A program made the position numbers and the translations under genes. DNA of 63,062 nt, filler included. It is 6 parts of 6 records of this genome, joined end to end, with 100 filler letters (N's around TTAATTAATTAA, not from the genome) between each part and the next. Parts side by side here need not be neighbours in the genome. Positions count along the whole stretch, not along the records: positions 17,176 to 41,798 come from DRR723986_5273; positions 41,899 to 49,258 come from DRR723986_5276; positions 49,359 to 55,989 come from DRR723986_5278; 3 more parts are not named here. One strand, given 5' to 3'. Each line of letters opens with the position of its first letter. Position 1 is the stretch's first letter. The notes under the pieces were generated by a model. The model was not told where the DNA came from. It did no database searches and saw only the letters and a list, made by a program, of their open reading frames with translations. Shown here in pieces: positions 39,895 to 51,070 of the stretch.

Positions 39895-40511
39895 AGGTTC
39901 CCGCTCTTACGATTGCGTTGTTTTCCCTTTGCGGCTCGGCTTGGGCGGAAACGTTCCCAGCGTTGTATGCCGTGACGGGTGTTGCCGCTGATGATGTTCT
40001 GAATGTTCGGAGTGCCCCAAACGCTGGCTCATCCAAGGTTGGATCTTTGGTACCTGATCAAAAGCAAATTGAAGTCGTCATCATAGATGACGCCGCAAAG
40101 TGGGGGCTGATCTCTCAGGGTGAAGGGGCTGGGTGGGTTGCGATGCGGTTTATGCGCCGGCTGGATCAGTCCGCTTGGCACAGCTTAAACCAACCCTTGT
40201 CGTGTTCTGGGACAGAGCCGTTTTGGTCGCTCGGTTTTGAACCCGCACAAAACAAAGTGACGTTTGATTCGCTTGGTGGATCCCCTGATCGGTTTGAAAT
40301 GTTGGCGGGCGCTGTTCCGCTGGGGCGACCTCCGTCCACGTTAGGGATGCACGCGACCTCTCAAAACGCATCGATGTTTGCCACATTTCATCAATCCGCG
40401 TGTTCTGATGGGATGTCTGATCGGGTCTATGGTTTATCTGTCGATCTGTTCATCCAACAACCGGATGGGTTGGTTGGGTATTCCGGCTGCTGTTCCTTGC
40501 GCGCACCTTAA
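39891..40511 (+). CDS. Secreted protein with SH3b-like domain and COG3650-type C-terminus
   Basis: Signal peptide; DDVLNVRSAP...GWV; CSGTEPFW, CSDGMSDR, GCC. Confidence 0.8.
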   Translation: MKVPALTIALFSLCGSAWAETFPALYAVTGVAADDVLNVRSAPNAGSSKVGSLVPDQKQIEVVIIDDAAKWGLISQGEGAGWVAMRFMRRLDQSAWHSLNQPLSCSGTEPFWSLGFEPAQNKVTFDSLGGSPDRFEMLAGAVPLGRPPSTLGMHATSQNASMFATFHQSACSDGMSDRVYGLSVDLFIQQPDGLVGYSGCCSLRAP

Positions 40512-41110
40512 CCGGCAACGCGCAGAGTCAAGTTGATGCGCCCCCCCTTGGGAAGCAGACGCGAGGATTTGAACCGAATCCGGTCAATCCCGTGATAGGC
40601 CAACCTAGCCTCGCCCCCCATGACCACGACATCCCCCGAGCTGAGCCAAATTGAATCAGATTTACCGCCCCGCGTTGCGCTGCCCATGCGAAAAAGGGCG
40701 TCGTCGCCCAATGAAATCGACACCACAGGCCATGAAAAATCAGCTTCGTCTTTGTCTTGATGCGGCCCCATCTTTGCTGTTTCCCCATAATAGTTGATCA
40801 GGCAGCTGTCCGGCAGGCGTTCTTGTTGTGTCACAAGCTGCCAAACATCCAGAACACGCTGCGGGATATCTGGCCATTCCGTGCCCTTTGGGTGGGCGTC
40901 TGCATAGCGATACCCGTCCGCATCCGATGTCCATCCCAAATCCCCAGCTGAGGTCATTCGAACGGACATGGGTTTGCCATTTGGGGTCGTGGGTGAAAAC
41001 AATGGGGCTGCTTTCAGAATGGGGCGCAGAGCCTGAATCAACTCGGCCTGCCAGGCGTTATTCAACGCCATTTTGTGAATCTCAAACCCCCTGAGAACAA
41101 GTCGGGTCAT
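40508..41110 (-). CDS. alkB: Alpha-ketoglutarate-dependent dioxygenase AlkB
   Basis: PDSCLINYY, HQDKDE, VVSISLG, HGI, RINLTLR. Confidence 0.9.
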   Translation of the reverse strand: MTRLVLRGFEIHKMALNNAWQAELIQALRPILKAAPLFSPTTPNGKPMSVRMTSAGDLGWTSDADGYRYADAHPKGTEWPDIPQRVLDVWQLVTQQERLPDSCLINYYGETAKMGPHQDKDEADFSWPVVSISLGDDALFRMGSATRGGKSDSIWLSSGDVVVMGGEARLAYHGIDRIRFKSSRLLPKGGRINLTLRVAG

Positions 41111-41184
41111 GAAAGAAGCTCCATTCGTTATCAAAGCCTTGCCAAAAAAGGACCAAGAATCACAAAAAGCCGCATTTCACAGTG

Positions 41185-41214
41185 CTTGCAGCCCTCTTGT
41201 CTCGTCCCTATATA
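41185..41214 (+). promoter_or_regulatory. RpoH (sigma32) promoter of dnaK
   Basis: CTTG-N18-CCTATATA about 110 bp upstream of dnaK. Confidence 0.7.
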
Positions 41215-41324
41215 CGCCGAGACGCGCGATGGTGTAGTGCTATTGCGCAACACGGATCGGGGCCAGAATGCCGTAATGGGTTCAGGCCTCGGGTAATCGC
41301 CTTGAAGAGAAAAGGGATCAAAGC

Positions 41325-41798
41325 ATGAGCAAGGTTATTGGTATTGACCTCGGGACCACAAACAGCTGCGTTGCCATCATGGACGGCTCGCAACCCCGGG
41401 TTATTGAAAACGCAGAAGGTGCACGCACCACACCGTCGATCGTCGCGTTTACCGACGATGAACGTCTGGTAGGTCAGCCGGCAAAACGCCAGGCCGTCAC
41501 CAACCCTGACAACACCGTGTTTGGTGTTAAGCGCCTGATTGGCCGTCGTAATGACGACGCGCATCTGGCCAAAGATAAGAAAAACCTGCCGTTCAACGTC
41601 ATCAATGGCGGCAACGGTGACGCATGGGTCGAAGCCAAGGGTGAGAAGTACTCCCCCTCGCAGATCTCGGCGTTCATTCTGGGCAAAATGAAAGAAACCG
41701 CCGAGAGCTATCTGGGCGAAGACGTGACACAGGCGGTTATCACCGTTCCTGCGTACTTTAACGATGCACAGCGTCAGGCGACCAAAGACGCCGGTAAA
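41325..41798 (+). CDS. dnaK: Chaperone DnaK (C-terminus truncated)
   Basis: [41 protein letters not shown]. Confidence 0.98.
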
Positions 41799-41898
41799 NN
41801 NNNNNNNNNNNNNNNNNNNNNNNNNNNNNNNNNNNNNNNNNNTTAATTAATTAANNNNNNNNNNNNNNNNNNNNNNNNNNNNNNNNNNNNNNNNNNNN
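41799..41898. other. Artificial contig spacer
   Basis: 100-bp N block with TTAATTAATTAA. Confidence 0.99.
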
Positions 41899-42721
41899 TC
41901 TGGTGCGCAACCAGATGCCCAAACGCTCAGAGCTTTCGGCGCTGTATGCGCGGGTGCTGGATGCGGCACATGGCAAGCGCGTGGTATTTCGGACACTTGA
42001 TATCGGGTCCGACAAGGTGCTGCCTTACATGAAACCCAACGACGAGCCGAACCCGGCGTTGGGCTGGCGTGCGATCCGCGTGGGCCTCGACAAACCGGGT
42101 ATCATGCGGATGCAGCTTCAGGCGCTTATTCGTGCAGCGGCGGGGCGACCACTGACGGTGATGTTCCCCTTTGTCGCGCAGTTCGAAGAATTCCGCGCTG
42201 CCCGCGCCGAGGTCGACAAAACGCTGGCGCGAGAAGAGCGTTTGGGCCATGTCCTGCCGGAAACCGTCGAGGTTGGCGCGATGTTGGAGACACCCAGCCT
42301 TGCCTTTGCTCCGCAGAAATTCTTTGAAGAGGTCGAATTCCTGTCCATCGGCGGCAATGATTTGAAACAGTTTTTCTTTGCAGCTGACCGCGAAAACGAA
42401 CGGGTGCGGCGGCGCTATGATACGCTGAACGTCAGTTTCCTGAGCTTTCTCGAAGGTATCGCGGACCGCTGCGCCGAGACCAACACCGCCCTGTCGTTCT
42501 GCGGCGAGGATGCGGGGCGTCCGGTTGAGGCGCTGTGTTTTGCAGCCATCGGATTTCGCAGCCTGTCGATGCGGCCTGCCTCCATCGGGCCGGTGAAAAG
42601 CCTGCTGCGCCGCTGCAATCTGGATGAGGTTCGCCAAGTCATACATGAGGCGCGTGATCGCGGTGAAATGTCGGTCCGATCCGCCGTGATGGACTATGTT
42701 CGCGCCCAGCATCAGGGCTGA
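41899..42721 (+). CDS. ptsP: PEP-protein phosphotransferase EI(Ntr), C-terminal part
   Basis: FRTLDIGSDK, EPNPALGWRAIR, GAMLETPS, SIGGNDLKQ, CGE. Confidence 0.93.
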
Positions 42722-43366
42722 TCAGATCACCAGTCGCACCGCGTGGCCGGGGGCATAGGACATGCGCACTGCGGTCACCATGGCCGTTTCGCTAAAGGTT
42801 TCGCGGCGCAGGACCATCAAAGGCGCGGCGGGCGCACATTCGAGGTGTTTGGTGTCGAAACCGCTGGCCGGTTCGGCGGCATATTCCAGGGTGCCGCGGT
42901 CAAACGGGGCATTTTGGACCAGCCATTCATTGGCGCTGATCCGGTCCAGATCGACATCGGCCATCTGCGGCACTTCGGACAGGTTGACCTGTCGCTGTTC
43001 CGCGGCAAATGGGGCCTTGTCCGCCAGATGCAGCCCCTCAAGATGCAGCAGATCCCCGTCGATTTTGCGGCTGATAACGCGGTGGGAATAGGCTTTGCCC
43101 ATGCTTTCGACCTCTTGGCGCAGGATCGGCACCGACATTTGCGCGCGCCGTTGCGGCGACAGGGCCACACGGGTGCCCGCGCGGCGGCGGCGTTCGAGCC
43201 AGCCATCCTCGGCCAAAGCCCGCAACGCGCGGTTGACCGTGGCGCGGGCACAGCCCAGCTCGCGGGCCAGTTCGGCCTCGTTGGGGATCAATCCGCCGGG
43301 CGGCCATTCGCGGCTTTGGATGCGCCGCAAGGCCTCGGTCTGGATGTCCTGCCAGCCGCGTTTCAC
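42722..43366 (-). CDS. hutC: Histidine utilization repressor (GntR/UTRA)
   Basis: IPNEAELARELGCARATVNRAL wHTH plus UTRA domain; GTGA overlap with hutF. Confidence 0.88.
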   Translation of the reverse strand: MKRGWQDIQTEALRRIQSREWPPGGLIPNEAELARELGCARATVNRALRALAEDGWLERRRRAGTRVALSPQRRAQMSVPILRQEVESMGKAYSHRVISRKIDGDLLHLEGLHLADKAPFAAEQRQVNLSEVPQMADVDLDRISANEWLVQNAPFDRGTLEYAAEPASGFDTKHLECAPAAPLMVLRRETFSETAMVTAVRMSYAPGHAVRLVI

Positions 43367-44712
43367 ATCACGTCCTTGAGCCGGTGAAGGGTCTCGCGGT
43401 AGGCATGTGTGATCTCGGTGCGGGCGATGTGCATACCATCTTGTACCATATGGCGGCCCGCGGCCCAAACATCCGTAACGCGGGTGTCGGTCCCGGCAAA
43501 GATCCAGGTGTCCAGCACATTGTCGCCCTCCCGGCCAATCAAATCGGTCGCATTGCCGTCCAGCGCCATCAGATCGGCCCAGACGCCCACCTCGATTGCG
43601 CCGGATTCGCGCCCAGCGGCCTGAGCGCCGCCGCGGCAGACACCATCAAACAAGACCCGTCCGGTTGATCGGTCTTCGGTCGCCATCACGGCCCGGTTCA
43701 GGGTGCTCAGCCGTTGGGAATATTCCAGCGTCCGCAATTCCTGCGCCAATGAAATCAGAATGTTGCTGTCTGACCCGATGCCCCAGACCCCCTTGGCATC
43801 TGACCATGTCACCCCGTTAAATATGCCATCCCCAAGCGAGCTTTCGGTTAAGGGGCACAGCCCCGCAACCGCGCCGGTGGCCGCCAATCCGCGCGTCTCG
43901 GCTTCGGTCATCTGCGTGCAATGGATCATGCACCAACGTGGATCAACATCGACATTGGCCAGTGTCCACTCCACCGGACGGGCGCCATAAGCGGCCTCGA
44001 TCTCTTCGACTTCCGCGACCTGTTCGGCCAAATGCATATGGATCGGACCAGAATGGGATTGAAGCGCCGCAATCTGTTCTGGTGTGACCGCCCGCAGGGA
44101 ATGCGGTGCCACACCGATGTTTGCATCCGTTGGCAGGCTTTTCACAGCGGCTTGTGCGCCGTCCCATAGGGTTTGATACCCATCCAGATCATTGCCAAAG
44201 CGGATTTGACCGGGGCCAAGCGCGCGCCCGTCCACGCCGCCCTGGGCATAAAGCACCGGCAGCAGCGTCAGTCCAACGCCCGTCTGTTCTGCCGCAGCGG
44301 CGATCCGCGTGGCCAGCTCGGCGCGGTTGTCATAGGCATGACCGCCCGGTTGATGATGCAGGTAGTGGAACTCGACGCTGGCGGCATATCCTGCCTCCAA
44401 CATCTCCATCTGGACCTGAGCAGTGATGGCCTGAATGTCCTCTGGCGTCAGTTGGTCCAGAAACCGGAACATCAACTGCCGCCATGTCCAGAAACTGTCT
44501 GTTGGCTCTGCCCCGCGCCGTTCTGTCAGCCCGCCCATCGCCCTTTGAAACGCATGGCTGTGCAGGTTCGTCGGCGCGGGCAAGAGGATATCGACCTGCG
44601 TGTCTGCGGGCCCCTCGCCAATCGCGGCGATGCGTCCGTCTTTGAGGGTCAGGGTGACGTCATTGGCCCACCCGGAGGGCAGCAACGCGGTTTTGGCCTT
44701 AATTTTTGTCAT
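43363..44712 (-). CDS. hutF: Formiminoglutamate deiminase
   Basis: NLHSHAFQRAM, EFHYLHH, APHSLRAV, HMHLAEQ, GSDSN. Confidence 0.95.
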   Translation of the reverse strand: MTKIKAKTALLPSGWANDVTLTLKDGRIAAIGEGPADTQVDILLPAPTNLHSHAFQRAMGGLTERRGAEPTDSFWTWRQLMFRFLDQLTPEDIQAITAQVQMEMLEAGYAASVEFHYLHHQPGGHAYDNRAELATRIAAAAEQTGVGLTLLPVLYAQGGVDGRALGPGQIRFGNDLDGYQTLWDGAQAAVKSLPTDANIGVAPHSLRAVTPEQIAALQSHSGPIHMHLAEQVAEVEEIEAAYGARPVEWTLANVDVDPRWCMIHCTQMTEAETRGLAATGAVAGLCPLTESSLGDGIFNGVTWSDAKGVWGIGSDSNILISLAQELRTLEYSQRLSTLNRAVMATEDRSTGRVLFDGVCRGGAQAAGRESGAIEVGVWADLMALDGNATDLIGREGDNVLDTWIFAGTDTRVTDVWAAGRHMVQDGMHIARTEITHAYRETLHRLKDVM

Positions 44713-44747
44713 GTCTTGCCTCTTGACGACTCAGGGTGCGATCTGAA

Positions 44748-44761
44748 TATGTCTATACATA
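44748..44761. promoter_or_regulatory. HutC operator
   Basis: TATGTCTATACATA near-palindrome (TGTA-N2-TACA type) in the divergent hutF/hutI intergenic region. Confidence 0.8.
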
Positions 44762-44794
44762 ATTACAAATCAGCCGCGAGATAAAGGGAAATTC

Positions 44795-45991
44795 ATGCAT
44801 CAACTGCTCTGCAATGCGCGATTGGCGACGATGGTCGGGGCCGATTACGGTTTGATCGACGCGGGCTGTGTTGTTCTGAACGGCGATTTGATCGCCTGGG
44901 CAGGACAAGCGGATGCCTTGCCGGCAGAATATGCCCTAGCGGAGCGCCGAGACATGGGCGGGCGCCTGATCACGCCGGGTTTGGTGGATTGCCACACCCA
45001 TCTGGTGCATGGCGGCAACCGCGCCCGCGAATTTGAGATGCGCCTGCAAGGGGCCAGCTACGAAGAGGTTGCGCGGGCAGGGGGCGGAATTGTCTCGACC
45101 GTTGGTGCGACCCGAGATGCGGATCTCGATAGCTTGATCGCCAGCGCCCTGCCGCGCCTTGATGCGATGATCGCCGAAGGGGTTTGTACCGTTGAGATCA
45201 AATCAGGTTACGGGCTGGACCTCGATACAGAATTGCGGATGCTCCGGGCGGCGCGGGCTTTGGCCGAGTTGCGCCCCGTGCAAGTTGTGACCAGTTACCT
45301 CGGCGCACATGCGGTGCCCAAAGAATTTGCAGGCCGCGCAGATGCTTACATCGACGAAATGTGCATCCCGGCCCTGCGTGCCGCCCATGCCGAAGGGCTG
45401 GTTGATGCGGTGGACGGGTTTTGCGAAGGTATCGCCTTTGACACCGCACAGATCGCGCGAGTCTTTGACGTTGCGCGGGAATTGGGCCTGCCGGTCAAAC
45501 TGCATGCCGAACAGCTTTCGCATATCGGCGGCACCAAACTGGCGGCTGATTATGACGCGATCTCGGCAGATCACGTCGAATACGCCACCGCCGCAGATGC
45601 CAAAGCACTCGCCAATGCCGGAACCGTCGCGGTGTTGTTGCCCGGCGCGTTCTACACCGTGCATGAAACCCAAGCGCCGCCCGTTGCGGCGTTTCGCGAT
45701 GAAGGCACGGATATGGCCTTGGCCACAGACTGCAATCCTGGCTCCTCGCCGCTGGCCTCTTTGCTGCTGACGATGAACATGGGCTGCACCCTGTTCCGTC
45801 TGACCCCCGAAGAGGCGCTGCGCGGTGTGACGCTGAATGGGGCCAAGGCGCTGGGTATGACGGATCGCGGTCAAATCGCCGCTGGTCAGCGGGCGGATCT
45901 GTGTGTCTGGAACATCGAACATCCGGCCGAGCTGGCCTATCGCATTGGGTTTAACCCCTTGCATTCACGCATTTTTGGAGGACAGCAATGA
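44795..45991 (+). CDS. hutI: Imidazolonepropionase
   Basis: [35 protein letters not shown]. Confidence 0.96.
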   Translation: MHQLLCNARLATMVGADYGLIDAGCVVLNGDLIAWAGQADALPAEYALAERRDMGGRLITPGLVDCHTHLVHGGNRAREFEMRLQGASYEEVARAGGGIVSTVGATRDADLDSLIASALPRLDAMIAEGVCTVEIKSGYGLDLDTELRMLRAARALAELRPVQVVTSYLGAHAVPKEFAGRADAYIDEMCIPALRAAHAEGLVDAVDGFCEGIAFDTAQIARVFDVARELGLPVKLHAEQLSHIGGTKLAADYDAISADHVEYATAADAKALANAGTVAVLLPGAFYTVHETQAPPVAAFRDEGTDMALATDCNPGSSPLASLLLTMNMGCTLFRLTPEEALRGVTLNGAKALGMTDRGQIAAGQRADLCVWNIEHPAELAYRIGFNPLHSRIFGGQQ

Positions 45992-47493
45992 TCCTGACAC
46001 CGGGGGCTGTACAGCTCGATACATTGGAAGTGATCTGGCGCGATGGAGGGCAAATCACCCTTGATCCGGCGTGCCAACACGGCGTCGAAGCCGCCGCCGC
46101 GCTGGTGGCCAAGGCCGCGGCCGGGCAGGACGCGGTTTATGGGGTGAACACCGGTTTTGGCAAACTGGCCAGCCGCAAGATTGCCCCTGAGGACACGCAA
46201 ACCCTGCAACGCAATTTGATCCTGTCCCATTGCTGCGGTGTGGGCGAGGCGCTGAGCCTGCCACTGACACGGATGATGATGACGCTCAAGCTGATGTCGC
46301 TGGGGCGCGGTGCCTCTGGCGTGCGTTGGGAGGTCTGTGCCCTGATCGAAGGGATGGTGAATGCAGGCGTGATGCCGGTGATCCCCGCGCAAGGGTCAGT
46401 GGGTGCCTCGGGCGATCTGGCCCCGCTGGCGCATATGGCCGCCGCGATGATCGGCGAGGGCCGGGCGGTCTATCAGGGCGAAGAAATGTCCGGCAGCGAA
46501 GCGCTGAACCGCGCCGGATTGACCCCGGTTGTGCTTGGTCCCAAGGAAGGGCTGGCGCTGATCAACGGCACCCAGTTTTCGACCGCCTGCGCCCTTGCAG
46601 GGTTGTTCGAGGCTCAGAATGCTGTGCGCAACGCGATGGTTATTGCCGCGCTTAGCACCGATGCGATTATGGGCTCTACCGCGCCACTGGTTGCCGACAT
46701 TCACAGTCTTCGCGGCCATGCCGGACAGATCGACGTGGCCGAAGCCATGCGCGATCTGATGGAAGGCTCCGAAATCCGTGAAAGCCACCGGGAGGATGAT
46801 ACGCGTGTTCAAGATCCCTATTGCATCCGCTGCCAGCCGCAGGTGCTGGGCGCAGCGTGGGATGTGATCCGGCAGGCGGCACATACGCTTGAGGTCGAGG
46901 CCAACGCCGTGACCGATAATCCGCTGGTTCTGGTCGGCGAAGGGCGCATCGTATCGGGTGGGAACTTCCACGCCGAACCTGTAGGCTTTGCCGCCGATAT
47001 GATTGCGCTGGCGATTGCCGAGATTGGAGCGATTGGCCAACGGCGTGTGGCGCTGATGGTGGACCCGACGCTGAGCCATGATTTGCCGCCGTTCCTGACC
47101 CCTGATCCGGGGCTGAACTCTGGCTTTATGATTGCCGAAGTGACCACGGCAGCGCTGATGAGCGAGAACAAACATCTGGCCAATCCTTGCGTGACGGACA
47201 GCACGCCCACCTCGGCCAATCAGGAAGATCACGTGAGCATGGCCGCGCATGGCGCTTACCGTCTGGCGCGGATGAACCGGAACCTGTCGGCAATTCAGGC
47301 GGTCGAGGCGATGTGCGCCGCGCAAGGGGTTGAGGCGCGTGCGCCGCTGGCCACCTCGGCGCGATTGCAACGGGTGATTGACCGGTTGCGGCAGGAGGTT
47401 CCGACGCTCGGCAAGGATCGCTATCTCGCGCCCGACATCGAGACCACCACCGCATTGGTGCGCAGTGGCGCATTGGTCGAGGCGGCACAATGA
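45988..47493 (+). CDS. hutH: Histidine ammonia-lyase
   Basis: [21 protein letters not shown] (MIO-forming ASG), [23 protein letters not shown]. Confidence 0.97.
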   Translation: MILTPGAVQLDTLEVIWRDGGQITLDPACQHGVEAAAALVAKAAAGQDAVYGVNTGFGKLASRKIAPEDTQTLQRNLILSHCCGVGEALSLPLTRMMMTLKLMSLGRGASGVRWEVCALIEGMVNAGVMPVIPAQGSVGASGDLAPLAHMAAAMIGEGRAVYQGEEMSGSEALNRAGLTPVVLGPKEGLALINGTQFSTACALAGLFEAQNAVRNAMVIAALSTDAIMGSTAPLVADIHSLRGHAGQIDVAEAMRDLMEGSEIRESHREDDTRVQDPYCIRCQPQVLGAAWDVIRQAAHTLEVEANAVTDNPLVLVGEGRIVSGGNFHAEPVGFAADMIALAIAEIGAIGQRRVALMVDPTLSHDLPPFLTPDPGLNSGFMIAEVTTAALMSENKHLANPCVTDSTPTSANQEDHVSMAAHGAYRLARMNRNLSAIQAVEAMCAAQGVEARAPLATSARLQRVIDRLRQEVPTLGKDRYLAPDIETTTALVRSGALVEAAQ

Positions 47494-48284
47494 TCGAAAT
47501 CACCCAAGGAGGCGGCCCGATTGTTCTGGGCATGCCGCACACCGGAACGGATGTGCCGCCCGACATATGGAACAAACTCAACGAACGCGGCCAAGCCCTG
47601 GCCGATACCGATTGGCATATTGACCGCCTTTACAATGGCTTGGGGCTGGACGTTACAGTGGTGCGCACACCGATCCACCGCTATGTGATCGACCCCAATC
47701 GCGGCCCTGATGACGCAAGCCTTTATCCGGGCCAAAACACAACGGGTCTGTGCCCGTTAACGGATTTTGAAGGTTTTCCGATTTACCATGAGGGACAAGA
47801 GCCGGACGCGGATGAGATTTCGCGCCGTCGCGCGCTCTATCACGCGCCTTATCATGAGGCCTTATCCACAGAACTGGCGCGGGTGAAGGCAAAACATGGC
47901 ATTGCTTTGCTGTACGATTGCCACTCAATTCGGTCGGTTATCCCCTATCTTTTTGACGATACCCTGCCTGATCTGAACATCGGGACCAATTCCTCCACAA
48001 GCTGCGGAATGTTTGTGGAGCGGGCTGTGGAAACCCGTTGCCGCGCTGCGCAGGATTATTCGAGCGTCCTCAATGGCCGTTTCAAGGGTGGCTGGACAAC
48101 GCGGCATTATGGGCAACCTGCGGAAAACATTCACGCAATCCAGATGGAACTGGCCCAATCCACCTATATGGACGAGAGCCCGCCATGGCAGTGGCGGGCC
48201 GACAAGGCCGAACGGCTCAGGCCGGTTCTTTACCGTATTCTCAATGACTTGACCGAGCTTCTTTATGAAAGGCAGCAGCGATGA
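47490..48284 (+). CDS. hutG: N-formylglutamate deformylase
   Basis: [36 protein letters not shown]. Confidence 0.95.
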   Translation: MIEITQGGGPIVLGMPHTGTDVPPDIWNKLNERGQALADTDWHIDRLYNGLGLDVTVVRTPIHRYVIDPNRGPDDASLYPGQNTTGLCPLTDFEGFPIYHEGQEPDADEISRRRALYHAPYHEALSTELARVKAKHGIALLYDCHSIRSVIPYLFDDTLPDLNIGTNSSTSCGMFVERAVETRCRAAQDYSSVLNGRFKGGWTTRHYGQPAENIHAIQMELAQSTYMDESPPWQWRADKAERLRPVLYRILNDLTELLYERQQR

Positions 48285-49258
48285 CAAACCCCCGTCACAA
48301 CACCCGAGACATCTTTCCTGCCACCGGCACCGAGCTGACAGCAAAAAGCTGGATGACCGAAGCACCGATGCGCATGTTGATGAACAACCTGCACCCGGAT
48401 GTCGCTGAAAACCCTCATGAATTGGTGGTTTACGGCGGCATTGGGCGCGCTGCCCGCACCTGGGAAGACTTTGACCGGATCGTGGCCGCTCTGACCGATC
48501 TGGAGGGCGATGAGACGCTGCTCGTGCAATCCGGCAAACCTGTGGGCGTGTTCAAGACCCATGAAAATGCCCCCAGAGTATTGATTGCAAACAGCAATCT
48601 GGTGCCGCACTGGGCCAATTGGGATCACTTTAACGAGCTCGATAAACGCGGGTTGGCGATGTACGGCCAGATGACCGCCGGATCGTGGATTTACATTGGA
48701 ACTCAAGGGATTGTCCAAGGAACTTACGAGACTTTTGTCGAAGCAGGCCGCCAACATTACGATGGCAATTTGACCGGCAAATGGATCCTGACCGGCGGAT
48801 TGGGCGGCATGGGCGGCGCACAGCCCTTGGCGGCGGTCATGGCGGGCGCCTGCTGTCTGGCCGTGGAATGCAACCCTGACAGTATCGACTTCCGCCTGCG
48901 CACCAAATACCTCGACGAGAAGGCCGAAACACTGGACGAAGCGCTTGAGATGATCGACCGCTGGACCAAGGCAGGCGAGGCCAAATCCGTGGGGCTGCTT
49001 GGCAATGCTGCCGACGTGTTCCCCGAACTGGTCAAACGCGGCGTGCGCCCCGATATCGTGACCGACCAGACCAGCGCCCATGACCCGCTCAATGGATATC
49101 TGCCGCAGGGCTGGACCATGGGCGAATGGCGCGCCAAACGTGAGAGCGATCCCAAAGCCGTCGAGAAAGCCGCCCGTGCCAGCATGAAGGTGCATGTGGC
49201 CGCAATGGTGGATTTCTGGAACGCCGGTGTGCCGACGCTGGATTACGGCAACAACATC
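48281..49258 (+). CDS. hutU: Urocanate hydratase (C-terminus truncated)
   Basis: [45 protein letters not shown]. Confidence 0.97.
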
Positions 49259-49358
49259 NNNNNNNNNNNNNNNNNNNNNNNNNNNNNNNNNNNNNNNNNN
49301 NNTTAATTAATTAANNNNNNNNNNNNNNNNNNNNNNNNNNNNNNNNNNNNNNNNNNNN
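49259..49358. other. Artificial contig spacer
   Basis: 100-bp N block with TTAATTAATTAA. Confidence 0.99.
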
Positions 49359-49656
49359 CATACATCACCGGCTCAAAGCTTTTGCACAATTCATTGATAG
49401 CCCTGTTGCGCTTGCGCATCTCGTCGCTGCGCAGCATCGCCTGAAAATCTTCTCGCCGGGTCCACTGGGAATAATTGGCCACACGGGTTTGCGCGTCGTT
49501 CACGTGCAGCCCTGCGGCGATAAAGCCCGGCTGGTGCGAGATGAAGTCAGAATAGGCAGAGGTCAGCGCGTCCAGCAGATCCTGACAGGTGCCCGGCGTG
49601 GTCTCGAATGTCGTGATAACGGTCTGAAGGGCGGCGCCCTTGGTGATGGTCGGCAT
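49359..49656 (-). CDS. Antibiotic biosynthesis monooxygenase (ABM) family protein (3' end truncated)
   Basis: QPGFIAAGLH...VANYSQW..REDFQAM; AAGGAGG RBS. Confidence 0.85.
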
Positions 49657-49744
49657 GAGATGTCCTCCTTGGGGGTCAGCCTAGCAAGCCCACCTTTCGC
49701 CGCCTAGGCCTTGATCGGGGTCAAGGACCAGAACCCAAATCAAG

Positions 49745-49775
49745 AAAAAGGGGCCGCATCTTGCGATACGACCCC
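49745..49775 (-). terminator. Rho-independent terminator with GCAA tetraloop
   Basis: Minus strand GGGGTCGTATC-GCAA-GATGCGGCCCC-TTTTT (11-bp stem including two G-U pairs). Confidence 0.85.
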
Positions 49776-49856
49776 CGGGGCAGAGCTACCCCCCAGGGTA
49801 GTCTCGTTCTTGCTAACCGTGCGGTTGGGCGCGGTCATGAAGGAATCTCGCCCTTT

Positions 49857-50309
49857 TCATGGCGATGATGTCGCACCGGACAGCCGGTTGCGGATTTCGG
49901 CGGCGGTTTCATTGCCATCGGGCACCGCCAGACCGCGCCGGGTCATCTCTTGCTCAATCACTGCAAGGATATCGGCACCGATCCGCGCGTTGACCTCGCC
50001 AATGGCCACCGAATACTGCGCAGCGTAGTCTGCCAGCAGCGCCTCATCGCTGAGCGCTGCGTAGTACGCAGCCTGATCCTGCTGCCAAATCTCGTTGAAA
50101 TAGGGATAGAGCGGCGGCAGCCCGATCCCTGTCGGTGCGGATTGTTCGGCGGCGACGTGCGGCGCGCGCGCGCGATCCTCCCAATCTGCGGTGAAGACCG
50201 AGAAGGCCGCCAGCCCGAGCCCAAAGACCCCCACCGCCAGAATCACCCAGTCAAAGGCCGCTGCCCCGCTTTCGCGCGCAGCGAACCCGTCGGAACGCTT
50301 CAAAACCAT
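49857..50309 (-). CDS. Flp-pilin/TadE-like protein with C-terminal extension
   Basis: N-terminal F..RESG|AAAFDWVILAVGVFGLGLAAF prepilin-like motif and hydrophobic helix, then about 110 aa soluble region. Confidence 0.65.
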   Translation of the reverse strand: MVLKRSDGFAARESGAAAFDWVILAVGVFGLGLAAFSVFTADWEDRARAPHVAAEQSAPTGIGLPPLYPYFNEIWQQDQAAYYAALSDEALLADYAAQYSVAIGEVNARIGADILAVIEQEMTRRGLAVPDGNETAAEIRNRLSGATSSP

Positions 50310-50442
50310 TTACTCATACCCGTTCTAGGTCACTACCCGCCCAGCGTGGCGCAGCGATGGGGCAAGGCCTTGATCGGATTGTGGTTCTTTGCGGCTGTTT
50401 CGGGGAAAGGTCTGGCCGCTTCAAGGCAGCCCGCCCCAGGGG

Positions 50443-50458
50443 TTAACCACCCGTTAAC
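50443..50458. promoter_or_regulatory. Perfect CtrA-type box
   Basis: TTAA-CCACCCG-TTAAC, 134 bp upstream of the pilin-like gene and overlapping the trmL stop. Confidence 0.75.
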
Positions 50459-50927
50459 GGCTGAACTGCCCGCGCATCGCCTGATAGACCACCGCTGTCG
50501 CCGCATTCGCCAGGTTCAGAGACCTGATATGCGGGCTTCGCATGGGCAGGTGAAAGATGCGGTCCTCCATGCCGTGCAGGATCTCGGGCTGCAATCCCTT
50601 GGTTTCCCGGCCGAAGACCAGATAGGCATCGTCGGGATAGTCAGGGTCATAGACGCTGCCGGCGCCGTCATCTTCGAAAAAGAACAGACGGTCACGCGGC
50701 GGGGTCCGGTCGCGGACAAACTCCTGCCAGCTGTCGTATTCGCTCAACCGGACATGTTTCCAATAATCCAGACCCGCCCGGCGCACCGCCTTGTCGTCGA
50801 TGGAAAACCCGTACGGTCGGATCAGGATCAGTTCCAGATCCAGCGCCACGCAAGTGCGCCCGATGGTGCCGGTGTTGCCGGGGATTTCCGGCGTCACCAA
50901 CACCAGTTTCATGCGTTCTTGTGTCAC
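50454..50927 (-). CDS. trmL: tRNA (cytidine/uridine34-2'-O)-methyltransferase
   Basis: PEIPGNTG, RRAGLDYW, VFGRETKGL, RSLNLAN SPOUT motifs. Confidence 0.93.
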   Translation of the reverse strand: MTQERMKLVLVTPEIPGNTGTIGRTCVALDLELILIRPYGFSIDDKAVRRAGLDYWKHVRLSEYDSWQEFVRDRTPPRDRLFFFEDDGAGSVYDPDYPDDAYLVFGRETKGLQPEILHGMEDRIFHLPMRSPHIRSLNLANAATAVVYQAMRGQFSR

Positions 50928-51031
50928 CGGTGATCTCCCCACCTCTTTCGGCCTTCACCTCTAATCAGATCGCTGCCGGTTTGGCCATGCCCACAACCGC
51001 GCCAGATGATCCGCCACCGAAAGCGGCCGCG

Positions 51032-51047
51032 TTAGGGATACGTTAAC
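51032..51047. promoter_or_regulatory. CtrA-type box (1 mismatch)
   Basis: TTAG-GGATACG-TTAAC, 23 bp upstream of the 51071 start. Confidence 0.55.
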
Positions 51048-51070
51048 CAGTTTGCGCGAGGCTTTATCCC

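Noticed and set aside
42722-49258. hut cluster as a novel system
   Set aside because: Standard five-step HutF/HutG histidine utilization pathway with a HutC operator.
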